DNA of 64,000 nt from Lama glama. Taxonomy: Eukaryota. Positions within the stretch are counted from its first letter, which is position 1. Each line of letters begins with the position of its first letter. The notes beneath the pieces were generated by a model that did not search any database, was not told where the DNA came from, and worked only from the letters and a program-made list of their open reading frames with translations. Position numbers and translations under genes: made by a program. The stretch lies in NCBI GenBank assembly GCA_028534125.1, contig CM052818.1, positions 26,910,001 to 26,974,000 on the forward strand, in the 5' to 3' direction. Below, one piece after another: positions 24,074 to 38,210 of the stretch.

Positions 24074-25469
24074 TTTTTAAAGCAAAGGATAGCTGAAAAA
24101 AAGATGAGAAACTGACAATAATATTTTTATCAGTGTTAATAATCATTAATATACAAAGAAGTCTTACAAGGAAAACGTTGAACACTGAATATAAGAAAGA
24201 AGAAAGGAAGGAACACACATTAAAAAAAGGAAATAGAGATACCCACCAAGCTATAAAAAAATTAGCCACATTATTCTATAAGCAAAGAATACAAGTAAAA
24301 ACAAAATAATATAACTTTATACCTGTAAAACTGATTTTTTTTTAAATGTGAGTATGTACAGGTGGAATTGGTACCAGAACATTTTCATACTTTGCTGAAG
24401 GGAGTTTAAAACAGGGAAATCAATTCTGCAAAATGTACAAAGAACCTTCAAGAATTCATACTGTGACCTCTTTGATCAAAAACTTATTTTGAAGATTATT
24501 TATCACAGTCTGTTTTACAATAATGAAAATATTAAAGTGATAAATATAACTATCTGGTAGTGGGAAAAATATTAAATATATGATGATATATTCGTTTGGA
24601 TTATTTATCCATTATATCTATTAAAAATCATGTTTATAAATAACTATATATAAAAAGACTAACCCAGACCAGAAGAAATTAATCAAAAATATAGAAATTA
24701 AACTTAAACTATCTCTGGATGGTAGTATTACAAGTTTTATTTTCTTTCCTATACCTTTGTTATACTTTAAACAATGACCATATACTATTTTTATTATCTG
24801 ATTTTTTTTTTAGTATTAATATTTGGAAGGGACAACTTATATGAGTTTTATTTATGTTACTAAAACTATTTTAGCTTTATCGTGAGTTAATATTTTGCTT
24901 TTAAAGGTAAATTTTTAACAATCTAAGAAACATTAAATGCTGTAATTATATTTACATATAATGTATTTATGTGCAGATAAATAGATATAACAAGAAAAAA
25001 GTAGTTAGGAATTCATTAAAAATATAAATATTATTTTCATTTTCATGGAAAGTGTCCATAGTCAATAATCATATATTTTTTAATTGTCCATTGTAAAGAA
25101 GATTTTGATATTTTACCCATCTTGTTCATTCATCTAGATGAATTTAAAGGTATAAGAGTATTAACTTGCCTAAGATAATCTGTTCAGAACTGAATTCTCA
25201 GTAGGCATAGTCAGTATGAAGTAGAGATCAAGACTCCAGATTTATTTGTATGGTATTGGTGAGCAAGGCAAGCAGAATTTCTTACTTTACAAGAAAAGTT
25301 TTATAATGGAGAATTTCCCTTGTGAAAATCATATTCCATATTATAAAACCTGAGACTTCCACTTTAAAAAATGTACCAGTGTATGTATGTGGACACATAC
25401 GCACACAAATAAATCTCCCTGAATGTAATGAATCACTCTTAAGATTGCTATAATTTTTTTTTTTCATTT

Positions 25470-26700
25470 TTAAAGCCTTCAGCTTTGAAATAGATTTTAG
25501 ACATTTAAAAAAATTACAAGAATATTATAGGGAACTCCAGTGAACTTCTCCTAGATTCACCAATTGTTAACATTTGCCACATATGTTTTATTACTCTCTA
25601 ATCTACATATGAATATTATTATTATTAATTTTGCTGAACCATTTGAGAATTGAAATCATCATGACTCTTTACTCCTAAATACTTCATGGATATCCTGAGA
25701 ACAAGAACAGTCTCTTACATAACCACTGAAGAATTATCAAATTTAGGCAATTTAACATTGATACAAGGCTCCTATTGTTCATATGCAAATTTCACCAGTT
25801 GTCCTAATAATGACTTTCATAGAACTTGTTTCTTTTTATCTAGAGTACAGTCCGGGATCATGCATTGTATTTAGTTGTCAAGAATGCTTTAGTCTTCTTT
25901 AAGGCAGTTCCTTTGCTTTTGTCTTTCATGACATTGATGTTTTTTAAGAGTACAGACCATCTATTTTATAGACTGTTCTTTGACTTGGTACTGTCTGACT
26001 TTTTTTTTTTGTCACATTGATGTTTTTTAAGAGTACAGACCATCTATTTTATAGACTGTTCTTTGACTTGGTACTGTCTGACTTTTTTTTTTTGTCATGG
26101 TGAGATTCAGGTTATGAGTACAGCTGTCATTCTCAGTGCATCATATAAGGAGGCATATAATATTGCTTTGTCCTGTTACTGAGAATCCTAACTGTAGTGA
26201 CTTAAGTTGGTGTCTGCCATGTTTCTCCACTGTAAAGTTGACATTTTCCCCATTTACAATTAGGACAGAATTTGCAGGGAGATACTTTAAGACTATGTCT
26301 GTTGTCTGTCCCTTATCAAGCCTTCACCCAGTGTTTTTTAGCATTTGCTGTACTTGAATCAGTTATTACTATGATAATATCAAGATGATAATTTTCTGGC
26401 TTCTACATCTATTTCTTTCTTTTATATTTATTCGCTGGCATTCTGCTGAAAGGAAGAGCTTTTTCTTTGCCCTCCCTGTATTATCATATGTTCGTGCATT
26501 AGTGTCACTACAGCATTTAATGTTTCTTTAGTTTGTTAAAAATTTACCTTAAAAAGCATTTTGACACGCCCCCATTATTTCTTGAGCACTTTCTTACTTT
26601 CTGGCACTAAGATATAACAGACTCAGCTTGTATTTTCCCTGTTACTGTTCTGGAATCACTCATTTCTCTCAAAAGCCCTGGTTCTTTTTAGTAGAGAATG
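25470..26700 (-). mobile_element. Old L1M (L1MC-like) 3' region, antisense
   Basis: cctagattcaccaattgttaacatttgccaca; ttgagcactttcttactttctggcac...ttctggaatcactcatttctc. Confidence 0.7.
25931..26096 (+). repeat. Perfect 83-bp tandem duplication
   Basis: 25931-26013 is identical to 26014-26096, including both T-runs. Confidence 0.95.
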
Positions 26701-27894
26701 CCAAATCTTAAATTCTTAAAATTAGATGCCAAATCTTCTTTAAGTCACAATTTAAAAATAAAATGTTATTTTTCTGACAAAAATTGCTTGTAGTGTCACA
26801 AACTCTGAGTTAGAGATTATTTTTATTTCACCTAGAATAGCATTTCTTCAGTGGAGTTCTCAGGTTTTTAACATATATGGCTTAGGTTATTGTAAATTGG
26901 GTAAATCTTTCTAATTTTACATCTTTTTTGTTGTTGTTGTTCTTTATGTTAACAGGCTTCTTCTCAACTGTCATTCTTAGGTCATTCTATTTTAAGAAAA
27001 GCTAGTACCCTCATTATGAGAGAATGTTAGCAAATCAAATATGTCTGTTCATAATTCTAATAAAGTACAGATTATCACTGAGTATTTATAGCTGCCAAAT
27101 TAGCCCAAATTCACATATAAAGAATGTTGATAAGTTCAGCTGTAGAAGAAATGATAATCACAAAATAGTTTGGGTCTCCTATTTTATTAAATGTTCAGTA
27201 ATATCTTTAGAATAAATGTACATGTTTCCTACATTTCTAATTACATACTGTATCACCATTAAGTTAAAGTATTTATTCCTAAATAAATGATTGCAATAGC
27301 AGGAAATTTTTTTAAATTATGAGAATACTGTCTTCAGGAAATTGTGTGAGTTTTTTTTGTTTGTGGTTGTGTAGAATTTACAGGTTTCATGTTTACTAAA
27401 TAGAAAAGTAAGCTCACTATAAAAGTCTACTCTAGATTTGTAAATTACTTAGAATATCTTATGATCATTTAACTTTGTTGGAAGGAGAGTATTTGGAAAT
27501 TTCTGGTCAATGTAAACTCCAAAGAAGTTAAATGACTTTTAAGTAATTTTATACTTTCATGTTATATTTTATATTAAAATTTTCTTGCATATTAGAGTTC
27601 TTGTTAGGATGTATGTCTGAATGTTTTTCAGTTAATATTGTACCATTTGGAAAAACAAGGAGAGAGACTTAACTACAGGGACTTCTGATCAAGTGTCCCC
27701 TGTGTCCTTAGTAATAGATGAGTTCTATTCATAAAGTTGTTTATGTACTGTGTTACATTGAAGGAACACACTGCTGTAGAAGTTGCTGGGGAGAGAGGGT
27801 TACTGCTCAAAACTGAAATTTCAAAACATTTCATAAATAGCATAGTGCCTTCATTTTTTATATATATCAATATTTCCTTATTCATATATTTCAG

Positions 27895-28046
27895 AAGATA
27901 CTGTGCCTGCACCTGATGAAGTAAGCATGCTAACAGCAATTGCACTCTTCCTGTGGTCTGCTAGTAGTGAAATAATAGGAGTCCAGTCACTACAGAATGG
28001 CTGCATGAGCAGATTTAAAAATGCATTAAATTCATGTGACCCGTGG
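27895..28046 (+). CDS. HEATR5B: HEATR5B coding exon (152 nt)
   Basis: ttt[60 protein letters not shown]; phase 1/0. Confidence 0.94.
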
Positions 28047-28309
28047 GTAAGTTACACTTAAAACATAGTGGTGAACCTTCCACTTTATGAGGAAAATTTC
28101 AGATCGATTCATTAAAATGTGTGATACATCAAATGAAAATGTAAGTGTTTGCTATATGGCTTTTCAACAGAAAACTGGAAAAGATCACTGGTTTAAGCAT
28201 TTCAGGAGACATGTATATGTTCATTTACATATGCAGAAATTCCCCAGTATCTAAAATACTTGATTAACCCTGGCCTATGTTGATAGAGACTTTACATGCT
28301 TCTGTTTTT

Positions 28310-28482
28310 GTTTTTTTTAATTGAAGGATAGTCAGTTTACAATGTTGTGTCAATTTCTGGTAGACAGCATGTTTCAGTCATACATATACATACATATATT
28401 CCTTTTCATATTATTTTTCATTATAGGTTACTATAAGATACTGATTATAGTTCCCTGTGCTATACAGTATAAACTTGTTATG
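28310..28482 (-). mobile_element. Camelid-type L1 3' end, 5'-truncated
   Basis: ttttaattgaaggatagtcagtttacaatgttgtgtcaatttctgg...ttccctgtgctatacagta; TSD TG(C/T)TTCTGTTTTT at 28297-28309 and 28483-28495. Confidence 0.85.
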
Positions 28483-28627
28483 TGTTTCTGTTTTTCATTG
28501 TTTCTTAATGACATCAATGGCATTAAAGGATAAATATATATTATAACATGTTTTAATGGGCCTATTTTGGAAACTCTAGGTTTTTTAGAAAGTAAGTTTT
28601 ATTGTTTTACAGTGTCAAAGTCTGAAC

Positions 28628-28785
28628 TAATGATTCTCAAACATGCTGCACATCAGGAAAAAAAAAGTTTAGTTAACATCTACAGTTATCTTCCTGAATC
28701 AGAATCTCTAGATGTGTGGTCCAAAGATCTGTATTTTAAAAACATTTCCCACGTAATTTTTATGTCCAGCAGCGTTTGGCAACTT
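28628..28785. mobile_element. MER5-like hAT-Charlie remnant
   Basis: tgattctcaaac...ctgaatcagaatctct...atctgtattttaaaaac. Confidence 0.55.
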
Positions 28786-29451
28786 CTCTTCTCCAAAGCA
28801 CTGAAACAGTTTTCTTCCATTGTTTTTTCCATATGTTGATGTATTGATGAACCTTCCTTCCTTTTTTTTTTTTTTTTGGTTTGTTTGTTTGTTATTAATA
28901 TGAAGTCTTTCTAATATAAAGTGGAGCCACTGAGACCTTACTTTCTAAACCTTGAACACTTAAATTGATAGAAACAGTCATTTTAGGGAATCCTAGAAAT
29001 GGAGCTGAAGTGTGTAAGTAATGTGTATGTATAGCTTTGTTTGGCATCATTCAAATAATAGCTTTCCATGCTAAATATGTTAGGTTAAAGTGGGAGAGAC
29101 AATTGTAAATTAAAGAAAGAATTAAAAACAGAAATTAGAATTCCTGATTTCTAGTTTCTTACTACAGAAATATACAAATTATATAAGCAATGGTAATTTG
29201 GCAATTAACATATAAGGAATGTTTATTTGATTAATTTCTTTTCAGTTAGGTTTATTTAGTTAGCATATTAGAAGTTTTATCACTCCATTTCCATAAAAAG
29301 AAGGAAAAGGCATTAATTCATCTCACATTTCTATTTTCAGCCTGCAGTATTGCTTCTTTTCAGTATTAAGTACATATTAAGATGTAATGTGATTGTAGAG
29401 CAGATAAGAACTGTCATATATGTAAATTAATGAAATAATTTTCTCATATAG

Positions 29452-29665
29452 GTTCAAGCCAAATGTTACCAGCTTCTCCTGTCAGTCTTTCAACATTCCA
29501 ATCGTGCCCTTTCAACCCCCTATATCCATTCATTAGCTCCAATAGTAGTTGAAAAGCTAAAAGCTGTCGAAAGAAACAGACCAGCCAGTAACACAGAACT
29601 TTTAGCTGTTCAAGAAGGAATCAAAGTTCTTGAAACATTGGTTGCTCTTGGGGAGGAACAGAACA
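29452..29665 (+). CDS. HEATR5B: HEATR5B penultimate coding exon (214 nt)
   Basis: at[80 protein letters not shown]; phase 0/1. Confidence 0.95.
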
Positions 29666-31897
29666 GTAAGTATTTTCCTATTAAAGGCCACTAGTCTGAA
29701 ATGAAGATTTGTGTTATGTATAAATCTTGTTCGATGTTAGACACAGGTCATTGCAACAGAAGTTTACTAGAGGTGGTTACTATCTGAAAGCTTAATGTTT
29801 TTATGTTAACAAAATAGGGTTAATTTATATTTATATTTTAAGAGGTTAAAATAAATTACTGATGGCATTTCAACCCATGGATCTTTTTTATTTTCTAGGA
29901 ATGTACTTTTTAAGAACTGGGGAAAATGTGGACGTTTAATAGATTTTTTAAAATAATATGTTTTGATGTTCATAATAGAGGTATAAAAACTTTATAACAA
30001 GTAGGACCAGAGAGTATTCATACCAAACATCATTATTAAAAATACCTCAAAATTTGAAATGTTTAAATTATTATTTCTTAATTTAAGTACAACCTTCAAT
30101 ATACATCCATTTAACCAGACACTTATGTAGCTTAACACCTGTTCCTCTTTATTCCCTGCTAAGGCTTGATTTCATCACAATTCAAAATTTATCTTTAAAA
30201 ATAAGGCTTTTGTTACAGAAAGACTGTACTTTTTAAATTACTACCTTATGATTGAATGTAAGCTGTTTCCAATTTTTCAAGATCATGAATAACTGAGATG
30301 AGTATTCTTATATAGATATCTTTGCACACTTTTTTAATTTATTCTATCAGATAAATGCCTTTAAGTGAAATTTCTGAGTCAAAAGGAATGCACACCTTTT
30401 TATATTACCTCATTACTGTCCAAATAAAAATTTATATCAATTTTTTCTATCAAATTTTTTCCTCTTTTTGAAAAAATTTCACAAGAGATTGGAAAGGTAA
30501 TAGATTTTTTTTAAGAAACTAATGCTGATAGCTTCCCTATGAAGTAATAATCCAGAACTATCAGAGTGAAAGAGAATACAGAAGTGATTATGAAAAAAAG
30601 ATTGGTCTTACTTGAAGATTAACTGCTTATAGGGACAAGAGAAAGAGAAGAGCCAAATATTACTATGTTACCTGGAAGAAAGATGAAAGCAGTGTTAAGA
30701 CTGGAAAAGTCAGGAAGAAGAGCTGGTTGGGAGGAGTTGATAAGTTTAGTTGAAATTGGATATTAACCAATTTTTTGGGTAGAAATATTATTACTGACAT
30801 CATGGCCCGTGTGTGGTAACTCAGCATAATTTTATCTTTATTTTTATTTTACTCACTGTAAACTCCATAAACATGGGGACTAAATCTTATTTATTCTGTA
30901 ATCCCAGCACTGAGCTTATTGACTTTTTGCATAGTCAGTATTTAAAATATGTATGAGCTGAATGACTCTTGGGATCAATTCCTGAACAGGTGCCCTAATT
31001 TAGGTAGGGAAGAGAGTCTTATGCTTTTTCAAATACTTCTCTATTATTTGAATTCTTTTAACAGCAAGAATATACATATATATTATTTATGAAATTAAAT
31101 AGTTTAATAGTTAGACTTCAACAATGTTCATGAAATAAAATAACTCTTTAATTTTCCATTTAAGAGTCAATTAATTTAAGATATGAAATAAGCAAAGCAG
31201 TGTAGCTTTAATGCTTCAACCAACCAATTTTTAGTACTTAGTATTAATGAGTTATATCAACAACAAGCACCATCATGATTTCTTCATTTTTTTAAAGAAC
31301 TGCCTCACTCAGATACAGATGTTTTTGTACTAAAGCAAGACTTCTAAGAGGTAGAGAAAGCAATTGGCATTTAAGAAAAATTAAAACTAAATCTAAGGCT
31401 AAATGCCAAGCAAAACCGAAGGTAAATGGTCACCATCACATTAATGTCACGTATAGTCATCATTCCTTTCATGATATCCTAATGAATGCTTCAGGTTTCT
31501 GTTCCCTATTCCAACCTCCCTATTCTGGAATACCCTTAAAAATTTTGTAATTTTATTCTCAAAATACATTTTACCAGATGGTAATCATAAGGTGTTCATT
31601 CCTTTTTAACCTTTTAACAGTATTTTTTTTTAATATAAAACAAATTAATATAAGTGTAAAATATACAATCTTAACAGGAAATCAAACCTGGTTTCCTACC
31701 CTAACATGGCTTGGGTAATTAGGAAATATTCAGTATTAATTATGAGTAATTATTGAGGTCTAAAATAGACTGTGCATGTTTACTTGTACTTTTTTATAAT
31801 TTAGACTACCGTGGTAATTGCCTACTTTTAAAATAAAAGTTTATTGTAATTTTCAGATTCATGATCATCTTCAGACTTTTACCTTTGTCATTTCCAG

Positions 31898-32202
31898 GAG
31901 TCCAGTTACTTGCTCTTTTAGTTCCCACTTTGATCTCCTACCTGCTGGATGAAAATTCTTTTGCCTCAGCAAGCACAGTTTCCAAAGATCTTCATGAGTT
32001 TGCACTCCAGAATTTAATGCATATTGGACCTCTGTATCCACACGCTTTTAAGACAGTAATGGGAGCGGCTCCTGAGTTGAAAGTACGTTTGGAAACTGCT
32101 GTTAGGGCAAGCCAGGCTAGCAAAGCTAAAGCAGCTGCCAGGCAGCCAGCCCCTACCGTGCATTCTGCACCAACAATTAAGCTAAAAACAAGTTTTTTTT
32201 AA
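31898..32202 (+). CDS. HEATR5B: HEATR5B last coding exon
   Basis: ttc[25 protein letters not shown]...[11 protein letters not shown] (TAA at 32200-32202), the recognisable HEATR5B C-terminus. Confidence 0.96.
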
Positions 32203-32651
32203 TTTGCTATTGCATTCATTTTTGTTTATATTGTCAACTAGCACCTAATTAGTGATAGCCACAGTATCATTCCAGTCTGTAGGTTCTACTTTATTTGTAT
32301 ATAGGAATTACATGCCTCTGAGTAGGTTTAGTGAAATAATGCTCACACTGGTTTCTGATTTTGAAGGAATGATTTTTTTTAATCATGTGGTGAATGTGCT
32401 TTTATTTTTTCCTGATAATGTTTCTCTTTTATTCATTAATTTATTTTTTAAACACTGAGCCATAGTCTTTTAAATTAAATGCAGAAAAAATTGTATCATG
32501 TAGCTGGGTGGCTTATTGATATTGTCAGGGAAAAATAGGGAAATATCCAGTACCTGTTATGAAAAAAATTAATTGAAAAGCAAGCAGAATTTGAATTTTG
32601 AGGTATTTAGAATAATGGAAAGTATCTGTTTCATGGTGTATATATATTAAG

Positions 32652-32657
32652 AATAAA
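32652..32657 (+). terminator. HEATR5B: Probable HEATR5B polyadenylation signal AATAAA
   Basis: First AATAAA after the stop codon (about 450 nt), with TGTA just upstream and T-rich sequence downstream. Confidence 0.7.
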
Positions 32658-33384
32658 GTCACATTTTCTTAGCATTTCTCAGACTGTCCTTACCTTTCTG
32701 ATAGAACTTTTTACTTTCATATTAGATTACTAAATTATGCTTGTGTGTATTTTAGTTAATTGAATTAAAACTCTCATTTAAAGATCCATTAAAATGTTTC
32801 AAATGTGGAATAATACTTTGCTTCTTTTTAATGGCTAAAATTTGGCCTTGGTTATGCTTTGTAATTACAGAGAGCCTTGAGTGTTCTGGCTATGATGCTT
32901 AGTTTCATTCATCAAATATTTATTGAGTGCCTCCCGTGTATAAGGCATCAGGCTAGATGCTGCAGGGCATACAAAAATGAATTAGTCATAATTATAGTTA
33001 TGCCAGTCTCTCATGCAATGGGAATTTTACCACGTCAAAAAGATAATTGATGAAATGAATGTTTGCCCCATGTTTAGCACATTTTAAACACCAAGTTGTA
33101 CCAGACTGTGTTACATAGACTGTATTTTCAAAAGCCAGTCACTGTTCTGAACATTCTAAATTACATACCTGTTCATTATCTGCCTCCTTCTACTTATTCT
33201 CTCTCTTCCCCTCGCCAGTTGGCAGCTCGTGAGTCCTTCCTCATTTAGTCTTTAGAACCTCAGGTAGGTGCTTTCTCTCACCTATTTTCTTACTGACTTT
33301 TATTTTTGCAGGGTTGCTTGGAGGTTTTAAAAATTTTTTTATTTTACATTTGCTTTTCCAAAGTTATTCCCCCTGTTTTTTAGA

Positions 33385-34005
33385 GGTTTTTTTGTAACAC
33401 TTTTATTGAGACATAATTCACATACCATGCAATTCACCCATTTAAAATGTATAATTCAGTGGTTTTTCGTATGTTCACAGAGTAGTACAATCATTACCAC
33501 AATCAATTTTAAACATTTTCGTTACCCCCAAAAGAAACCCAGTACCCTTTAGCTATCGCCCCACAATCTCTCTGCTTACCCCCAGCCTTGTACTGCTGCA
33601 AATCTACTTTCTGTCTCTATCGATTCTCCTATTAAGAACATTTCATATAAATGAAATTATAAAATACGTGGTCTTTTGTGACTGGCTTCTTGATTTAACA
33701 TTTTTAGGGTTCATCCATGTGGTAGCATACATCAGTACTACATCCCTTTTAATAGCTGAATACTATTCCATTGTATGTATGTATATTCTATTTTGTTTAT
33801 CCGTTCATTAATTGATGGCATTCTGGTTGTTTCACCTTTCGCCTGGTTCAGATAATGCTGCTGTAAACAGTTGTGTACAAGTGTTTGTGTCGCCCTATGT
33901 TTTCATTTTATCTTGGGTAAATGCCTAGGAGTGGAATTGCTGGCTGGATGAGAACTCTGTGTTCAACTTTTTAAGGAACCGAACCGTCAGACTGGTTTTC
34001 AATCT
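33385..34005 (-). mobile_element. L1MB-like 3' end, antisense
   Basis: tttattgagacataattcacataccatgcaattcacccatttaaaatg...cctaggagtggaattgctgg. Confidence 0.85.
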
Positions 34006-34720
34006 CCTTGTTTCATAACCCCTTTTCACTCATCTATTTATAAAGTATATTTATTTCTGCCTTGGCTATTTTTCCCTGTTCTTGGTACCTCCCAAGCTTT
34101 TCCCATCATTTCCTACTTCAGGATAGATTACATCACACATTAGTAATGATTCTCTCTTTTTAACTCCTTCTCTCTCTCTGTCTCTTTCTCCCTTTCCCCT
34201 CCCCAGTGCATCTTTATAGTTTCTCTGAACTCTTTTGAGCCACTGACAACTTAACTTCTAGTTTTCTATGATATCTGTAAAAGGAAGATCTACTTGAAGA
34301 ATTATATTTATTAATTTGTTTCACGGCCCAACCTATGAGATTTTTCTCAACCTGCATAATCATATTTATTTGATTATGAACATGTATCATGAAGCTAAAA
34401 GAGGAAGAAGCATCGATTGCCAGTGGATTCTTTCCGAAGCTTAATCTGAGCAGCTTTAGTATTAAAAGAAATAAAGTATCTTCTATTTGCTTTCCAGGTT
34501 TTTGTTAATCAGTATTGTGCTTTTGAATTCTGTTTAATTAGAGAGATCTAAGCACTTAAGTCAGGTGTCCCTTCTAAGTAAGTTCTGCCATCAACCATGT
34601 AGGGATAGAACTTTGGACAACCTCCTTTTGGGGCTTCAGTTTCCTGATCTATACAATGAGAACAAAATTTACTAGGTATTCTCTCTATAATCTTTTGCAC
34701 ATCTAAAAATACATATGTCA

Positions 34721-34830
34721 GGAGAGGGTATAGCTCAGTGTTAAGAGTCCATGCTTAGCATGCACAGGGTCCTGGGTTCAGTCCCCAGTACCTCCATTAA
34801 AAAACAAAACAAAAGCAATAAAAAAAAACT
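34721..34830 (+). mobile_element. vic-1-like SINE (short form)
   Basis: ggagagggtatagctcagtg...atgcttagcatgcacagggtcctgggttcagtccccagtacctcc plus A-rich tail. Confidence 0.88.
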
Positions 34831-35196
34831 TACTTTAAAGGTATATATGTATGTATATATCATGCTTGTTTTTCTCAAGAGAATGAGTGAATCTTTGGCT
34901 GATCCTTTTATACTGATATATTATTTATTCCGATAAGTAATTTTTACATGTATGTAAAATTGCTGTCACAGCATGGCAGTATGAAATACATTAAATCCAG
35001 ACACAGCAGTTAAAATATTGCAGATTATCACCATTGAAAGGAGCTGCCATTTCCGTTGGGTGCCAGGCATGGTACTGGATACTTTGTATCCATTATTTCT
35101 TTCTATTCAAAAATGCTGAATGATGGATATAAGTAGCTCAATTTTCAAACATATTTAATGATATGAATTACTGTGCCTCACATTTTCTTCATTCTT

Positions 35197-35727
35197 TTTT
35201 GTTTGTTTATATATATTTTTATTGATGTATGGTAAGTTTACAATGTCAATTTCTGGTGTACAGCACAATTCAGTCATACATATATTCATTTTCATATTTT
35301 TCACCATAAGTTACTGCAAGATATTGAATATAGTTCCCTGTGCTATACAGTATAAACTTGTTTATTTTATATATATTAGTATCTACAAAGCTTGAACTCC
35401 CAATTTATCCTTTCCCACCTTCTTCCCCTCCTAGTAACCATAAGTTTGTTTTCTATGTCTGAGTCCATTTCTGTTTTGTAAATAAGCTTGTCTTTTTTTT
35501 AGATTCCGTATATAAGTGATATCATATGGTATTTTTCTTTCTCTAGCTTACTTCACTTAGAATAATAATCTCCAGGTCCATCTATTTTGCTGCAAATGGT
35601 ATTATTTTATTATTTTTAATGGCTGAGTAGTACTCCAGCTTCTTTATTCTTTATTCAGTCATCTGTTGATGGACATTTAGGTTGTTTCCATGTCTTGGCT
35701 TTTGTCAATAGTGCCGCTATGAACATA
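35197..35727 (-). mobile_element. Camelid-type L1 3' end, antisense
   Basis: Same 3' motif as 28310, extending further into the 3' UTR; TSD CTTCATTCTT at 35187-35196 and 35728-35737. Confidence 0.88.
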
Positions 35728-37964
35728 CTTCATTCTTAAGTGGAATTTTTAGGTTGATGCCAGAAATGGCTAGAGTATACCTATAAGTAAATTTCTTTCC
35801 TTAATGGTTTCCATCAGGTGGATTATTTTGTAAACCTGATTTAATCATTACAAACCCATTTCTAGCTCTAAAAGCTTATGCAATTATTATTTATGGACTT
35901 CACATAATTTTAGTTAAATAAGAATTTCATGTCATAATTTAGAAAAAGTATCTTAAGCTAAGTTTTTGGTGCTGTCACTAAAAAAATATTGGAAACCATG
36001 CATGCACAAGTGACCAATTACAGCTTTGTTTCTTTTTTTTTTTTTTTTAGCAGAATTTATTCACAGCCTTGGGCCCTATCCACAATTCTGTCTCTTTTTT
36101 GCCATTAGAATGCAGGGGTTTCCATTTCAGGCACTTTTTCTCAGACGTATATACTTCTGTTTGCCCTTTTCCCCTGGACTTTCAATGTGAGTCTGAAGAG
36201 TCCATGAAGATGTAAATGAACTGGTTTGTCTTTTGCAACTTTTAACTTTGATTATTCATCTTTTCTTTAAATCTCTTCCTTTCCAGCATATTTCCAGGTA
36301 TACAAGAAAATGCCTCTTTTGTTTCAGTTGTGAAACAGAAAAGGGCTTTAATCTTGTCTAATGAAAATAAGAGTCAAAGGCAAAATGAAAGTCAATTTTA
36401 TACATTATTATAAATTAGTCAATTTTAATTATAAAATTTGCATTCATTAAATTTTGGGGAGAAATTACCACATTTCATGACATAGACCAAATTACTGTTG
36501 ATATTTTAGTCTATTTCCTTCCACATTTGTAATCATCCTGCAGGTAGGATGTTGTATACACTTAAAAGCATTTTTCCATAGAATTACTCTAATATGGTAT
36601 ATATTTAGTAACTATCATTTTTGGATGGCTACTTAATAACATGTAACATTATGCTGTGGTACTTGGTCTCTAGTTTTATATTAAAATAAGTAATGCTGTG
36701 TTTGACTCTTTTAAAATGAGACTTTGTAGATTATCTCCTTGGGATAGATTTCTTAAAGGGGTTATAAAAATATGAGAGGTTTGAATTTTGATACACATTA
36801 CTGACTCTTAGAAAGTGATGCTTTTTGAAATAACAGACGTGAAAATGAAACTGGGTCATTGTTTACTAAATTCCAAGAAAATGCTTTGGAGTGCCCTAAA
36901 ATCTCCCCAAATATTTTGATATGCCTAGACATTTTTTAAGATGGCATCTTAGTTAACTGTAAATCATTATGAAACTAGTAAGAAAGACAATGAAGTTGGG
37001 CTGTTTTTAGTAAAAATACACTTGTTAAAACAAGGAAGTTGACAGTCCTACTCTACACCTTGTGGGCCCTCAGTGTTGCATGTGGAGGGGAGGCCAGCTG
37101 AGGGGGATGGAGGGTCACTTTCAGATACCACGTGTCAAGGGCAATGACAGACAGGTGTGTATCCAAGCATAAGTGATCAGAGGAACTGAGAGTTGAAAAA
37201 GGCAACATGATCATTTACCATCAGGTAGGAGGATCAGATAGTGGCCCTCACCAATAGGTCAATGTTTCAAATGAGTGGTTGGCAATAGAACTTAAAAGAA
37301 TTTTCTAAGAGACCTACTGAAAAATGTAGGCCCTATGATAGTGAATTCCTTGACGCTGGACATGCCCAAGGAGGACTTGCATTCCTGTTTGTCAAAGATT
37401 TTGTGAGAAGATTCTGTACTGCTGTCTCTTACTCATTCATTGGACAGTTATTTATGGGACACCTACTGTGTGCCAGGCATTAGGAATACAATAATGAACA
37501 ATAGTCAAGCAAAGAATCTACCAAGATTCATTTATATTCTGCCCAGGGGGAGAAATAACATAATCCCAGGTTGCGATAGGTAGGAAGGAATAGTATGAAG
37601 GATGGTGTGACAGAGAGTAACAGGCAGGGATTCCTTTGTAGGGTTGTCTGGAGCCCAGCCTCCCTTCTGCTCTCCAGAGTTGCATATGTGACTACCTACC
37701 ATTTGTTGTCTCAGAAACTCCTCAAAACTCAAGTTAAAATTGAAGTCTTCACCTCCTTATCTAAAATCTGCTTTTCAACTCATGATCTCCCAGTGAACAG
37801 CGCAACTATTTTATCCCATTGAGTAAGGTATTCATAAATTTTGGTATCACCCCTGACATTTCCCACTTTCTCCTTCACTATGCTTAGTTCATCACCAAGT
37901 CTCCTAAATCCCCCATGTGTCTTTATTGCCATTATTACCATCCGTATCCAGATCACCACATTTG

Positions 37965-38210
37965 ATGGCTGTACAGCAAAGTGTTTGATGTGGATTGTAG
38001 GGTCAGTCTGCTTGGGTTGGAATCTGGCTCTCACGTACAAGCTATGGTAACTTTAAGCAAGTCACTTGTCCTCACTGTGCTTCAATTTCCACAGTTGTAA
38101 AATGAAAGTACTAATACCTATCTTATAGAGTAGCTGTGGGTTAAAAGAGTTAATACTTGCAAAGGGCCTTAACATAGTGCCTGACCCTTAGAAAATGATT
38201 TAGAAATGCA
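37965..38210 (+). mobile_element. MIR SINE
   Basis: ctgcttgggttggaatctggctctcac...aagcaagtcactt...ctgtgcttcaatttcc...tgtaaaatg...aacatagtgcctga. Confidence 0.75.

Noticed and set aside
34721..34795. tRNA gene (A/B-box-like motifs)
   Set aside because: tRNA-derived SINE head with an A-rich tail and several diverged copies; no intact cloverleaf.
36025..36053. Strong acceptor-like poly(T)-TAGCAG
   Set aside because: Lies downstream of the HEATR5B poly(A) signal; no recognisable exon, ORF or donor follows.
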